A stretch of 64,000 nt of DNA from Eledone cirrhosa (lineage: Eukaryota). The stretch's first letter is position 1. Every line of letters begins with the position of its first letter. A program made the position numbers and the translations under genes. The notes beneath the pieces were generated by a model that saw nothing but the letters and a program-made list of their open reading frames with translations, searched no databases and was not told the origin of the DNA. The stretch spans positions 182,962,001 to 183,026,000 of the forward strand of contig OZ024743.1 in the NCBI GenBank assembly GCA_964016885.1, given 5' to 3'. Shown here in pieces: positions 1-13,529 of this stretch.

Positions 1-452
1 ATAAAAGGGATTTTATCTGAACCGCGGCATAATGGTGAGTCTTTTGCGACAGTTTTCAAGAAAATTGGACGTTCCTTTAAAAGGTTTTCCCATGTGCAAC
101 TTTGCCTTGTTTTTTGCGCAAAGTTGAACCCCTGCTTCAGTTTTATTGATTTTTTACATGAATGCGTGACCTCTGAAGTAGATTTGAGTAGCTAAAAACC
201 TGTCCCGGTAAATTTGCTATAGGTGAAAAAAAGTTGATCAAAATTGTGTCTAGGGTTATTGCCCTTTGCAACAGCCTCAACGTGTCTTCATGTATGGTTT
301 GTTAATTTGTTGTGGAACTAAATCGACTCTCGTCAAATCGGACCGAGGAAACAATGTTTCCATTTGTTTTTCTAATTGGTGTACCCGGTTACACTTGGGG
401 TTATAAGGCGCTGGATTTAAACGGGTCTGCGCTAAATTCCAGTAGGATGCTC

Positions 453-537
453 CAGATTGGAGCACAAAAAGAAACGTTTGTTCTTCATTTAACCGAAATA
501 AATGAAGAACAAACGTTTCTTTTTGTGCTCCAATCTG
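453..537. repeat. Perfect inverted repeat, 39-bp arms with a 7-nt loop
   Basis: 453-491 (cagattggagcac...cttcattta) is the exact reverse complement of 499-537; loop accgaaa. Confidence 0.95.
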
Positions 538-1299
538 TGATATTGGTATTTTGAAAATATAGTCCACAAACATCCATGGAGCATGTGTAACGCATGTATC
601 AGGTTATGAGAAAAAGGGTTTTCGATTCTCCATTCATAAGATACCAAAAAATTGCATGCAAATAAACCGGGATTTTAAGGCACTGCCCAATTCATAGCTG
701 AAAGGTAAGAATCAAGTGGAATAATGTTTTGCAACATTGTCAAATGTACAACCATACAAAAGCAAAGGATATAGCCATTGAAATCTAGGTAGACCAAAGA
801 ATTTGGTGGGGTTGTATATCAGAGGATTGTTTTCCTTGTGATTCACATCTAGCTTACAAAGTGAAGTTAGATGATTGTAGTCGGTGTTGTATCTATAAAA
901 AAATAAAAGCATACGGAAGACTGAACACTTACGAATTAAGTGAAAATCACGTTGATATCGGAGCAACATGTGCCGAAAAACCTGACGGACTGTTGTGTCA
1001 ATATTGAATCCCGACCTCTAAGATGTAATGGATAGGCCTTGGAGGTGAAAAGGAAGAATTGGTACAATTGTTTTGCTGAACATGTTGACCATTAATTTAA
1101 ATAGATTTACGCAGCATCATCGTGCGGTTTTGTTGTTTATGGCCTAGAATGAGGGCCGGTTAAACACGGCAGAAAAATAAGCCATGCTGGTGATGTTTAG
1201 GCGCGTCACAGGGAATAGATGCAGCATTATGAGTCAATTGTGAGGACAGTGGAAGGCACGCTGATCACTTGAGAAGACGCGATGCTACACAGGATGCTT

Positions 1300-1641
1300 C
1301 ATCATCATCATCATTTCATTTTACGTCCGCTTTTCCCTGCTTGCAAGGGTGGGATGGGAACTGATTCTGGCTTGATTTCTACAGCTGGATGCCCTTCCTA
1401 ACACCAACCTCATTTACAGTGAGTGCTGGGTGCTTTTTTGCCGTGGCGCCTACACGTCCACTTTGCAGTGGAATGATAGGGACCTCAGTCCTTATCATCT
1501 CATTTCTACAGCTGAGTAAACTGGAGCAATGTGAAATAAAGTGTCTTGCTCAAGGAAACAACACATCACCCGGTCTGAGAATTGAACTCACAACCTTTCG
1601 ATTGCAAGGCCAATGCTCTAACCAGTAAGCCATGTGCCTCC
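1300..1641 (-). mobile_element. tRNA-derived CORE-type SINE with RTE-derived 3' tail
   Basis: Reverse complement of the copy at 17816-18152: A/B-box head, CORE-like ccttgagcaagacacttta...ccagtttactcagctgtagaaatg, (ATG)n tail. Confidence 0.85.
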
Positions 1642-1789
1642 ACGGCCATAATTGACAGAAAGGCATGTCAGGAGAAATGAAAGAGTTGCTATTCATCCTT
1701 TGCTTGCCAAGATGAACATGTAATTAAAAAGATTTACCATGGACTATTGTGCACGTTGGTATTGTGTTTAGCCTGCGAAAATCGGTGGT

Positions 1790-3140
1790 CAAATGGGGCA
1801 ACAATAAGCCATGCTGATGACGTTTAAGCGGGTGGTAAGGAATTGATGCGGCATAGATAGCCATGGGAGTCTTGAAGGAGCACGGCGGTCAGGCAAAAGA
1901 AAGGGCTGAGGAGGGATGGTGGGTGACAGAGCATTGATGCAGCATGGTGATGCATGATGATGCAGTGGGACGATGGTGTGCAGGGAACGGAGAGGGCAGG
2001 GGTTGACGGTGGCAGGGATGCGACTTGGTCCCTCAAGACTGCCATGCCTAGGCAGTGGAAAGGGTCGGGGAGTGGATAGCGGCTGACAGGGCAGGGATGC
2101 AACATGATGAGGCATGACGAAAGGGCAGGGTGCATGGTGGCTGTCAGGGCGTAGATGCGGCATGCCAATTGAGTTGCACCTCGGGAATGTAGAGAACACC
2201 GGGGGGCACGATGATTGTTTGAGAAAACCGGGTGCAAGGCAGGATGTTTATCGGCCATACATGATCGGTTGGCTTTGGAAGAGAAAGGGATGAATTTTTG
2301 TTTAATTTTGTTAAATATGGTCAAAATGAATGTAAAAAGACTTACACAGGATCGTCTTCATGTTTGGTGCTGTCTTCGGTCTGAGATAATGGGCAGTTAT
2401 GTGAGACACAGGAATAAACCATGCTGATGACATTTGAGCAAGTTGCTGACAGGGCAGGAATGCCGCATGGTGAGCCATGGCAGTCGTGAGGGACCAAGGG
2501 ATACGAACAAGGGAGAGGCCAGGGATTGACGGTGGCAGGGATGTGGCTTGGTTAGGCATGGCAGTCCTGAAGGAGCCCGGCGAGCAGGCAAAATAAAAGG
2601 CTGAGGAGGGGATGGCGGCTGACAGATCATGGATGCGGCATGGTGAGGCATGACGATGCAGTGGGTCTACGGCGTGCAGGGAAGGGAGATGGCCGGGATT
2701 GATGGTTGCAGGGATTCCGCATGGTGAGCTATGGCACTCATGAAGGACCAAGGTGTGCGGATAAGGGAGAGGGCAGGGGAGGGCATGGCGGCTGACAGAG
2801 CATGGATGTGGCATGGTGAGGCATGACGGTGCAGTGGACGACGGTGTGCAGGGAAAGGAGAGGGCAGGACTTGATGGTGGCAGGGATGCGGCTTGGTTAG
2901 GCATGGCAGTCTCGAGCTCTCCCGGAGTGTAGGCAATGGAAATGGGTAGGGGTGGACGGTGGCAGGGATTCGGCATGTTGAGCCGTGGCAGTCCTTAGGG
3001 ACCATGGAGGGCAGGCAATGGAAAGGGCCGGGGAATGAATTGCGGCTAACAAGGCAGAGATGCGCATGGTGATGCACAACGATGCAGTGGGTCGATGGCG
3101 TGCAGGGAAGGGAGAGGGCAGGGGTTGATGGATGTCTCAT
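1790..3140. repeat. Degenerate GC-rich tandem sub-repeats
   Basis: Recurrent motifs gatgcggcatggtgaggcatgacgatgcagtggg and gtgcagggaagggagagggcaggg..tgacggtggcagggatg; overlapping ORFs are low-complexity with no domain. Confidence 0.7.
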
Positions 3141-3449
3141 TATGCTACGGTAGTGGAACCACAGGAATGAAGAGAGCGCATGGAGGCTCGATGATCGCTT
3201 GAGAAGACTGGGCGCAATACAGGATGATACGCGGCGGTATAGACTTGATAGTCCTTATATAAGAAATGGAACAATCGGCATAACAGGTTTGCTGAATATG
3301 GTGAACGTTAATTTAAAGAGACTTACGGTTGAACGTTTTTTGCAAGGCGGGAGTCACGACAAATGGAAGCAAGAAGAATGGCGTTTTTTGGTTGCCAGAA
3401 TTTTGCCTCTGGGGGTCCAATTAATGTAAGGGGTCCAATTTAATGTAGC

Positions 3450-3731
3450 CCACGTTCATCCCCAGATAAAAATACACACTTGCGTCGAGTTTCATCGAAA
3501 TCAGACGATTTTTGAAAATATCGAATTTTGGCTTCTGTAGACTATTCCAATCTACGGGTCGAGTTTTATATATGTGTTTTATATATGTGTTTTATATATG
3601 TGTTTTATATATGTGTTTTATATATGTGTTTTATATATGTGTCAAGTTTCATGAAAATCGGATGAACGGTGTAGCCTGCAAATTCGGGACACCAAACAAA
3701 CAAACAACGCCCAACTTTATATATCAGTAGA
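3450..3731 (-). mobile_element. Probable 5' end of a non-autonomous Helitron-like element
   Basis: Minus strand reads A|TCTACTGATATATAAAG...(GTTT)n...ccgttcatccgattttcatgaaacttg, resembling 5' TC termini of invertebrate non-autonomous Helitrons; 3' CTAG end not identified. Confidence 0.45.
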
Positions 3732-3735
3732 TATG

Positions 3736-6700
3736 TGTGGTGGTTGTGGTTGTCAGCCCCACCAGTGCCCACGTCACAGTCTGTCATCATGGTGGTGGTG
3801 GTGGTGGTTGTCAACCCCACCAGTGCCCACGTCACAGTCTGTCATCATGGTGGTGGTGGTGGTGGTTGTCAGCCCCACCACTGCCCACGTCACAGTCTGT
3901 TATCATGGTGGTGGTGGTTGTGGTTGTCAGCCCCACCAGTGCCCACGTCACAGTCTGTCATCATGGTGGTGGTGGTTGTCAACCCCACCAGTGGCCACGT
4001 CACAGTCTGTCATCATGGTGGTGGTGGTGGTGGTTGTCAACCCCACCAGTGCCCACGTCACAGTCTATCATCATAGTGGTGGTGGTGGTGGTTGTCAGCC
4101 CCACCAGTGCCCACATCACAGTCTGTCATCATGGTGGTGGTGGTGGTGGTTGTCAACCCCACCAGTGCCCACGTCACAGTCTATCATCATGGTGGTGGTG
4201 GTGGTGGTTGTCAGCCCCACCAGTGCCCACGTCACAGTCTATCATCATGGTGGTGGTGGTGGTGGTTGTCAGCCCCACCAGTGCCCACGTCACAGTCTAT
4301 CATCATGGTGGTGGTGGTGGTGGTTGTCAACCCCACCAGTGCCCACGTCACAGTCTGTCATCATGGTGGTGGTGGTGGTGGTTGTCAGCCCCACCAGTGC
4401 CCACGTCACAGTCTATCATCATGGTGGTGGTGGTGGTGGTTGTCAGCCCCACCAGTGCCCACGTTACAGTCTATCATCATGGTGGTGGTGGTGGTGGTTG
4501 TCAACCCCACCAGTGCCCACGTCACAGTCTATCATCATGTTGGTGGTGGTGGTGGTTGTCAGCCCCACCAGTGCCCACGTCACAGTCTATCATCATGGTG
4601 GTGGTGGTGGTGGTTGTCAGCCCCACCAGTGCCCACGTCACAGTCTATCATCATGGTGGTGGTGGTGGTGGTTGTCAACCCCACCAGTGCCCACGTCACA
4701 GTCTATCATCATGTTGGTGGTGGTGGTGGTTGTCAACCCCACCAGTGGCCACGTTACAGTCTATCATCATGGTGGTGGTGGTGGTGGTTGTCAGCCCCAC
4801 CAGTGCCCACGTCACAGTCTATCATCATGGTGGTGGTGGTGGTGGTTGTCAACCCCACCAGTGCCCACGTCACAGTCTATCATCATGTTGGTGGTGGTGG
4901 TGGTTGTCAACCCCACCAGTGGCCACGTCACAGTCTATCATCATGGTGGTGGTGGTGGTGGTTGTCAGCCCCACCAGTGCCCACGTCACAGTCTATCATC
5001 ATGGTGGTGGTGGTAGTGGTTGTCAACCCCACCAGTGCCCACGTCACAGTCTATCATCATGTTGGTGGTGGTGGTGGTTGTCAGCCCCACCAGTGCCCAC
5101 GTCACAGTCTGTCATCATGGTGGTGGTGGTGGTGGTTGTCAGCCCCACCAGTGCCCACGTCACAGTCTATCATCATGTTGGTGGTGGTGGTGGTTGTCAG
5201 CCCCACCAGTGCCCACGTCACAGTCTGTCATCATGGTGGTGGTGGTGGTGGTGGTTGTCAACCCCACCAGTGGCCACGTCAAAGTCTGTCATCATGGTGG
5301 TGGTGGTGGTGGTGGTTGTCAACCCCACCAGTGCCCACGTCACAGTCTGTCATCATGGTGGTGGTGGTGGTGGTTGTCAACCCCACCAGTGCCCACGTCA
5401 CAGTCTATCATCATGTTGGTGGTGGTGGTGGTTGTCAGCCCCACCAGTGCCCACGTCACAGTCTGTCATCATGGTGGTGGTGGTGGTGGTGGTTGTCAAC
5501 CCCACCAGTGGCCACGTCAAAGTCTGTCATCATGGTGGTGGTGGTGGTGGTGGTTGTCAACCCCACCAGTGCCCACGTCACAGTCTGTCATCATGGTGGT
5601 GGTGGTGGTGGTGGTTGTCAACCCCACCAGTGACCACGTCACAGTCTGTCATCATGGTGGTGGTGGTGGTGGTTGTCAGCCCCACCAGTGCCCACGTCAC
5701 AGTCTGTCATCATGGTGGTGGTGGTGGTGGTGGTTGTCAGCCCCACCAGTGACCACGTCACAGTCTGTCATCATGGTGGTGGTGGTGGTGGTTGTCAGCC
5801 CCACCAGTGCCCACGTCACAGTCTGTCATCATGGTGGTGGTGGTGGTGGTGGTTGTCAGCCCCACCAGTGACCACGTCACAGTCTGTCATCATGGTGGTG
5901 GTGGTGGTGGTGGTTGTCAGCCCCACCAGTGACCACGTCACAGTCTGTCATCATGGTGGTGGTGGTGGTGGTGGTTGTCAACCCCATCAGTGGCCATGTC
6001 ACAGTCTGTCATCATGGTGGTGGTGGTGGTGGTTGTCAACCCCACCAGTGCCCACGTCACAGTCTATCATCATGGTGGTGGTGGTGGTTGTCAACCCCAC
6101 CAGTGCCCACGTTACAGTCTGTCATCATGGTGGTGGTGGTGGTGGTTGTCAACCCCACCAGTGCCCACGTCACAGTCTGTCATCATGGTGGTGGTGGTGG
6201 TGGTTGTCAACCCCACCAGTGGCCACGTCACAGTCTATCATCATGGTGGTGGTGGTTGTCAACCCCACCAGTGGCCACGTCACAGTCTATCATCATGGTG
6301 GTGGTGGTTGTCAACCCCACCAGTGGCCACGTCACAGTCTATCATCATGGTGGTGGTGGTTGTCAACCCCACCAGTGGCCACGTCACAGTCTGTCATCAT
6401 GGTGGTGGTGGTTGTCAACCCCACCAGTGGCCACGTCACAGTCTGTCATCATGGTGGTGGTGGTGGTGGTTGTCAACCCCACCAGTGCCCACGTTACAGT
6501 CTGTCATCATGGTGGTGGTGGTGGTGGTTGTCAGCCCCACCAGTGCCAAGTCACAGTCTGTCATCATGGTGGTGGTGGTTGTCAACCCCACCAGTGGCCA
6601 CGTCACAGTCTATCATCATGGTGGTGGTGGTTGTCAACCCCACCAGTGGCCACGTCACAGTCTGTCATCATGGTGGTGGTGGTTGTCAACCCCACCAGTG

Positions 6701-9700
6701 GCCACGTCACAGTCTGTCATCATTGTGGTGGTGGTGGTGGTTGTCAACCCCACCAGTGGCTACGTCACAGTCTGTCATCATGGTGGTGGTGGTGGTGGTT
6801 GTCAACCCCACCAGTGGCTACGTCACAGTCTATCATCATGGTGGTGGTGGTGGTGGTTGTCAACCCCACCAGTGGCTACGTCACAGTCTGTCATCATGGT
6901 GGTGGTGGTGGTGGTTGTCAACCCCACCAGTGGCTACGTCACAGTCTATCATCATGGTGGTGGTGGTGGTGGTTGTCAACCCCACCAGTGCCCACGTCAC
7001 AGTCTGTCATCATGGTGGTGGTGGTGGTGGTTGTCAACCCCACCAGTGGCCACGTCACAGTCTGTCATCATGGTGGTGGTGGTGGTGGTTGTCAGCCCCA
7101 CCAGTGGCCACGTCACAGTCTATCATCATGGTGGTGGTGGTGGTGGTGGTTGTCAGCCCCACCAGTGCCCACGTCACAGTCTGTCATCATGGTGGTGGTG
7201 GTGGTGGTTGTCAACCCCACCAGTGCCCACGTCACAGTCTATCATCATGGTGGTGGTGGTGGTGGTTGTCAACCCCACCAGTGCCCACGTCACAGTCTGT
7301 CATCATGGTGGTGGTGGTGGTGGTTGTCAACCCCACCAGTGGCCACGTCACAGTCTGTCATCATGGTGGTGGTGGTGGTGGTTGTCAACCCCACCAGTGG
7401 CCACGTCACAGTCTGTTATAATGGTGGTGGTGGTGGTGGTTGTCAACCCCACCAGTGGCCACGTCACATTCTGTTATAATGGTGGTGGTGGTGGTGGTTG
7501 TCAGCCCCACCAGTGGCCACGTCATAGTCTGTCATCATGGTGGTGGTGGTGGTGGTTGTCAGCCCCACCAGTGCCCACGTCACAGTCTGTTATCATGGTG
7601 GTGGTGGTGGTGGTTGTCAGCCCCACCAGTGCCCACGTCACAGTCTATCATCATGGTGGTGGTGGTGGTGGTTGTCAGCCCCACCAGTACCCACGTCACA
7701 GTCTGTCATCATGGTGGTGGTGGTGGTGGTTGTCAGCCCCACCAGTGCCCACGTCACAGTCTGTCATCATGGTGGTGGTGGTGGTGGTTGTCAGCCCCAC
7801 CAGTGCCCACGTCATAGTCTGTCATCATGGTGGTGGTGGTGGTTGTCAGCCCCACCAGTGCCCACGTCACAGTCTGTCATCATGGTGGTGGTAGTGGTGG
7901 TTGTCAACCCCACCAGTGCCCACGTCACAGTCTGTCATCATGGTGGTGGTGGTGGTGGTGGTGGTTGTCAGCCCCACCAGTGCCCACGTCACACTCTGTC
8001 ATCATGGTGGTGGTGGTGGTGGTTGTCAGCCCCACCAGTGCCCACGTCATAGTCTGTCATCATGGTGGTGGTGGTGGTGGTTGTCAGCCCCACCAGTGCC
8101 CACGTCACAGTCTGTCATCATGGTGGTGGTGGTGGTGGTTGTCAACCCCACCAGTGCCCACGTCACAGTCTGTTATCATGGTGGTGGTGGTGGTGGTTGT
8201 CAGCCCCACCAGTGCCCACGTCACAGTCTGTTATCATGGTGGTGGTGGTTGTGGTTGTCAGCCCCACCAGTGCCCACGTCACAGTCTGTTATCATGGTGG
8301 TGGTGGTGGTGGTTGTCAGCCCCACCAGTGCCCACGTCACAGTCTGTCATCATGGTGGTGGTGGTTGTCAACCCCACCAGTGCCCACGTCACAGTCTATC
8401 ATCATGGTGGTGGTGGTGGTGGTTGTCAGCCCCACCAGTGCCCACGTTACAGTCTATCATCATGGCGGTGGTGGTTGTCAACCTCACCAGTGGCCACGTC
8501 ACAGTCTGTCATCATGGTGTTGGTGGTTGTGGTTGTCAACCCCACCAGTGCCCACGTCACAGTCTATTATCATGGTGGTGGTGGTGGTGGTTGTCAGCCC
8601 CACCAGTGGCCACGTCACAGTCTGTCATCATGGTGGTGGTGGTGGTGGTTGTCAACCCCACCAGTGCCCACGTCATAGTCTGTCATCATGGTGGTGGTGG
8701 TGGTGGTTGTCAACCCCACCAGTGCCCACGTCATAGTCTGTCATCATGGTGGTGGTGGTGGTGGTTGTCAACCCCACCAGTGCCCACGTCACAGTCTATC
8801 ATCATGGTGGTGGTGGTGGTGGTTGTCAACCCCACCAGTGCCCACGTCATAGTCTGTCATCATGGTGGTGGTGGTGGTTGTCAGCCCCACCAGTGCCCAC
8901 GTCACAGTCTGTCATCATGGTGGTGGTGGTGGTGGTTGTCAACCCCACCAGTGCCCACGTCACAGTCTATCATCATGGTGGTGGTGGTGGTGGTTGTCAA
9001 CCCCACCAGTGCCCACGTCATAGTCTGTCATCATGGTGGTGGTGGTGGTGGTTGTCAGCCCCACCAGTGCCCACGTCACAGTCTGTCATCATGGTGGTGG
9101 TGGTGGTGGTTGTCAGCCCCACCAGTGCCCACGTCACAGTCTGTCATCATGGTGGTGGTGGTGGTGGTTGTCAGCCCCACCAGTGCCCACGTCATAGTCT
9201 GTCATCATGGTGGTGGTGGTGGTGGTGGTTGTCAACCCCACCAGTGCCCACGTCACAGTCTATCATCATGGTGGTGGTGGTGGTGGTTGTCAACCCCACG
9301 AGTGCCCACGTCACAGTCTATCATCATGGTGGTGGTGGTGGTGGTTGTCAGCCCCACCAGTGCCCACGTCACAGTCTGTCATCATGGTGGTGGTGGTGGT
9401 GGTGGTTGTCAACCCCACCAGTGGCCACGTCACAGTCTGTCATCATGGTGGTGGTGGTGGTGGTTGTCAGCCCCACCAGTGCCCACGTCACAGTCTGTCA
9501 TCATGGTGGTGGTGGTGGTGGTGGTTGTCAACCCCACCAGTGGCCACGTCACAGTCTGTCATCATGGTGGTGGTGGTGGTGGTTGTCAACCCCACCAGTG
9601 CCCACGTCACAGTCTGTCATCATGGTGGTGGTGGTGGTGGTTGTCAACCCCACCAGTGCCCACGTCACAGTCTGTCATCATGGTGGTGGTGGTTGTCAAC

Positions 9701-10130
9701 GCCACCAGTGCCCACGTCACAGTCTGTCATCATGGTGGTGGGGGTGGTTGTTGTCAACTCCACCAGTGCCCACGTCACAGTCTGTCATCATGGTGGTGGT
9801 GGTGGTGGTGGTTGTCAACCCCACCAGTGGCCACGTCACAGTCTGTCATCATGGTGGTGGTGGTGGTGGTTGTCAACCCCACCAGTGCCCACGTCACAGT
9901 CTGTCATCATGGTGGTGGTGGTTGTCAACGCCACCAGTGCCCACGTCACAGTCTGTCATCATGGTGGTGGGGGTGGTTGTTGTCAACTCCACCAGTGCCC
10001 ACGTCACAGTCTGTCATCATGGTGGTGGGGGTGGTTGTTGTCAACTCCACCAGTGCCCACGTCACAGTCTGTCATCATGGTGGTGGTGGTGGTGGTTGTC
10101 AGCCCCACCAGTGCCCACGTCACAGTCTGT
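3736..10130. repeat. Satellite array, ~58-bp unit (about 110 copies) with an internal variable (TGG)n tract
   Basis: Unit tgtca(g/a)ccccaccagtgcccacgtcacagtct(g/a)tcatcatggtggtggtggtggtggt repeated head-to-tail; units vary about 52-64 bp through TGG number. Confidence 0.98.
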
Positions 10131-10431
10131 TGTCAGGATTACGTATAATTATGAGAAATGTTTATGTTGATTTTATTGATCTTCAGTAAAAACCCATTAA
10201 GCATGTGACAAATCACTGGAACTTCTATCTGTTTAAACACGCAAAATTGTACAGGGCTACTAGAAAAATACACGAGCTATGTTATTGTGGAGTGAACACC
10301 ATCTTGAATTACACTTCCATCTAGTGGATTGAGTTAATTCTGAAAATGAGGAAAGAAATTTTGTTTGTTTATGCAATTGTAGCCACCAATATTGTAAGAA
10401 TATTCATTTAACTTTTGATATTACAAGTATT

Positions 10432-11745
10432 TGCCGATTGTGACAACTGGAGGGGAGTGACACTTCTCTCCATACCAGGGAAGGTCTATTGTCTGATGAT
10501 CCTGAACTGTATACGTGGCATGGTAGACCGGGAACTGCGAGAACAACAGGCAGGGTTCCGACCAAAACGTTCCTGTGCAGAGCAGATCTTTATGTTATGC
10601 CGCATCATTGAGAGGTACAACGAATTCCAGAGGCCCCTCGCCGTCAGCTTCATCGATTTCTCCAAAGCATTCGATAGCATTCATCGACCGTCACTCTGGA
10701 GCATCATGCATGAGTATGGTCTGCCCCAGAAAGTCATTTCGGCAATCAAACAGATTTACGCAAACTCCAAGTGCTGCATACGGACAGAGGATGGTTACAG
10801 TGACTGGTTTGAGGTGGTTACTGGTGTGCGTCAGGGTAGCTCGCTCTCTCCAATTCTCTTTGCCATAGCCATTGACTGGGTACTAAGAAGAGCGTCTAAA
10901 GACAAGGGTATATCTTGGGTGGGAGAGCAAAAGTTGTCTGACCTGGACTTTGCGGACGATATTGTTACACTTGCAGAGAGCACAGCTGACCTGCAAATCA
11001 TTATGAACAATATCAATGTCGAAGCAGGAAGCTTAGGTCTCAATATCAGTGCTAAGAAGACCAAAAGCATGTTATCTGGGACACACCCATCACCAACTAG
11101 TGTTTTCATTGAACAGGGGAGGTGGAGATAGTGGACAACTTCACCTCCCTAGGAAGCTCCATTGACAATGGGGGCGCCATGGACAGTGAATTGCAATGTA
11201 GAATGGGAAAGGCCTCAGCAGCATTTAACCAGCTTGTCAAGATCTGGAAGAGCAGGAAGTTCACCCTCAAAACAAAGATGAGATTCTACAACAGCAACGT
11301 GCTGTCCACACTCTTGTACGGAAGTGAAACATGGCACCTTAAGACCAACCAAGAGAAGAAGTTGGATGCATTCGATTCCAGGTGTCTGCGAAAGATCCTG
11401 GGGATTAAATGGAGTGACAATGTAACAAACCAGGAAGTCAGGAACCGCACCAACCAGCAGCTAGTCTCTTCTGCCATCTGCAAGCGACGCCTGGGCTGGT
11501 TTGGGCACGCTTTGAGACTTCCCCCGGAGAGACTGGCGAACCAAGTACTTAAATGGAACCCACAGGGAAGCAGACGGAGAGGGCGACCCAAAATGAACTG
11601 GCGCCAGACAGTTGAGAGGGACCTGCGAGCGACAAACAGACAATAGCGGGACGCTGTGCAACTGGCTGCTGACCGAATGCGGTGGAAAACTATGATTGCC
11701 TCATGCGTCGCAAGACGCGGGAGCTTCTGAGTCTGAGTCTGAGTG
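10432..11745 (+). mobile_element. 5'-truncated RTE-clade LINE (RT and C-terminus, frameshift near 11120), (CTGAGT)3 tail
   Basis: ORF 10415-11131 has NWRGVTLLS, QAGFR, FIDFSKAFDS, GVRQG, LDFADD; ORF 11122-11646 has LLYGSETW and RRRGRPKMNW. Confidence 0.93.
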
Positions 11746-11769
11746 TTTGTGTGGTCACCCTGTATGTTG

Positions 11770-11960
11770 ATTTCTAATTTAGGCAGTAAAGTTTATTAAA
11801 GCAACCCTAATACATGACTGGTATTTTGTTAATCCTGGAAAGATAGAAGGCAAATTTGATCTCAGCTTGATTTGAACTAAGAATGTAAAGTCAGAACAAA
11901 TACCACAATAGCACTTTATCTGATACTCTACCAATTTTACCATTTTATCTGACGCTCTAC
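11770..11960 (-). mobile_element. Degenerate SINE (family of 13227-13413)
   Basis: ctggtattttgttaatcc...aaggcaaatttgatctcagcttgatttgaact matches the reverse complement of that SINE body. Confidence 0.6.
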
Positions 11961-12187
11961 AATTTTACACTTTCTTGCCAGTATTCATTTATCCTTTCTC
12001 CTATGCTTCGGGCCATGAAAGCTTTGATAATAAACAAATAAACAACCATCCAGTTATTAAACTAAACAACTAGAAATTTGTAATAAATTGAAGTGAAAAC
12101 CAACAGGGGTATGTGTTTTTAATGGCAGCATGAACTGCTAACAATATCTGTTTCAACACACATTTTCAGATAAAACTTACTAAACAA

Positions 12188-12753
<566 letters not shown>

Positions 12754-13226
12754 AGAAAAAATTTACGAAATGGAAATGCGGGTATATAGAATTTATTAGG
12801 TAACAATTGTTTCTATAGTGTATGAGTTACCTATACCTCGCTATTTGAATAATACACAAATATTATCAAAAACCGAAAGTACACTGTAAGCCAACACACC
12901 ATGTCATCAGGCCTTTGTATTAGAATGATATGAAAATATTTTATACACTAGATAAAAGATAAAGAAGGAGGTAGGAATAGAAGGGGAAGAGGGAAGTGAG
13001 TAAGGTGGAGGGAGTCTTAGGGTTTAAGACTGTCAGACTAGTAGAGATTGTGAAGAGAGAATGTTTTGGCAGCAGTTAGCTTAATGAGGCGTGCTAAGGT
13101 TGGCTGGGAAGTAGATACTTCTAGTGGTGTTGTTCGGACAAAATTCAGTTAGAGGGGTCAAAGTGGTACAATGTCACAGACAAGTTATTAGGGCTATTAT
13201 AGTAGCAGGTTATTTCTAAAGGGGTC

Positions 13227-13413
13227 TAAGGGCGGTGGATTGGCAGTATCGGTAGAGGGTCGGACGCCATGCTTTCCAGCATAGTTACGTCCCTTTACCA
13301 TCTGAGTTCAAATCCCGCCGAGGTTGACTTTGCCTTTCATCCTTACGGGGTCGATAAAATAAAGTACCAGTAATGCACTGGTAATTGCTGGCCTTGTGCC
13401 TAAAGTAGAAACA
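13227..13413 (+). mobile_element. tRNA-derived SINE (Meta-domain-like) with 18-bp target-site duplication
   Basis: Head ggcggtggattggcagtatcggtagag...gagttcaaatccc, body gcctttcatccttacggggtcgataaaataaagtaccag; TSD gttatttctaaaggggtc at 13209-13226 and 13414-13431; site is empty in the mirror arm near 16759-16776. Confidence 0.92.
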
Positions 13414-13529
13414 GTTATTTCTAAAGGGGTCCAGAAAAACAGTGTTTAGTACTATTATTATAGAAAGCCATATCTAGTGTATAAACATATAAAACAGAAA
13501 TTTGCAAACGTTGGTGTAAAAAGGTAACA

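Noticed and set aside
3736-10130. CRISPR-like periodicity (also 23341, 41641, 42895)
   Set aside because: Head-to-tail units without unique spacers, no cas genes, eukaryotic context.
3733-10189. Long ORFs up to 762 aa rich in V/G/W/H/C
   Set aside because: They occur in all three frames as translations of a stop-poor satellite; no unique domain or splice context.
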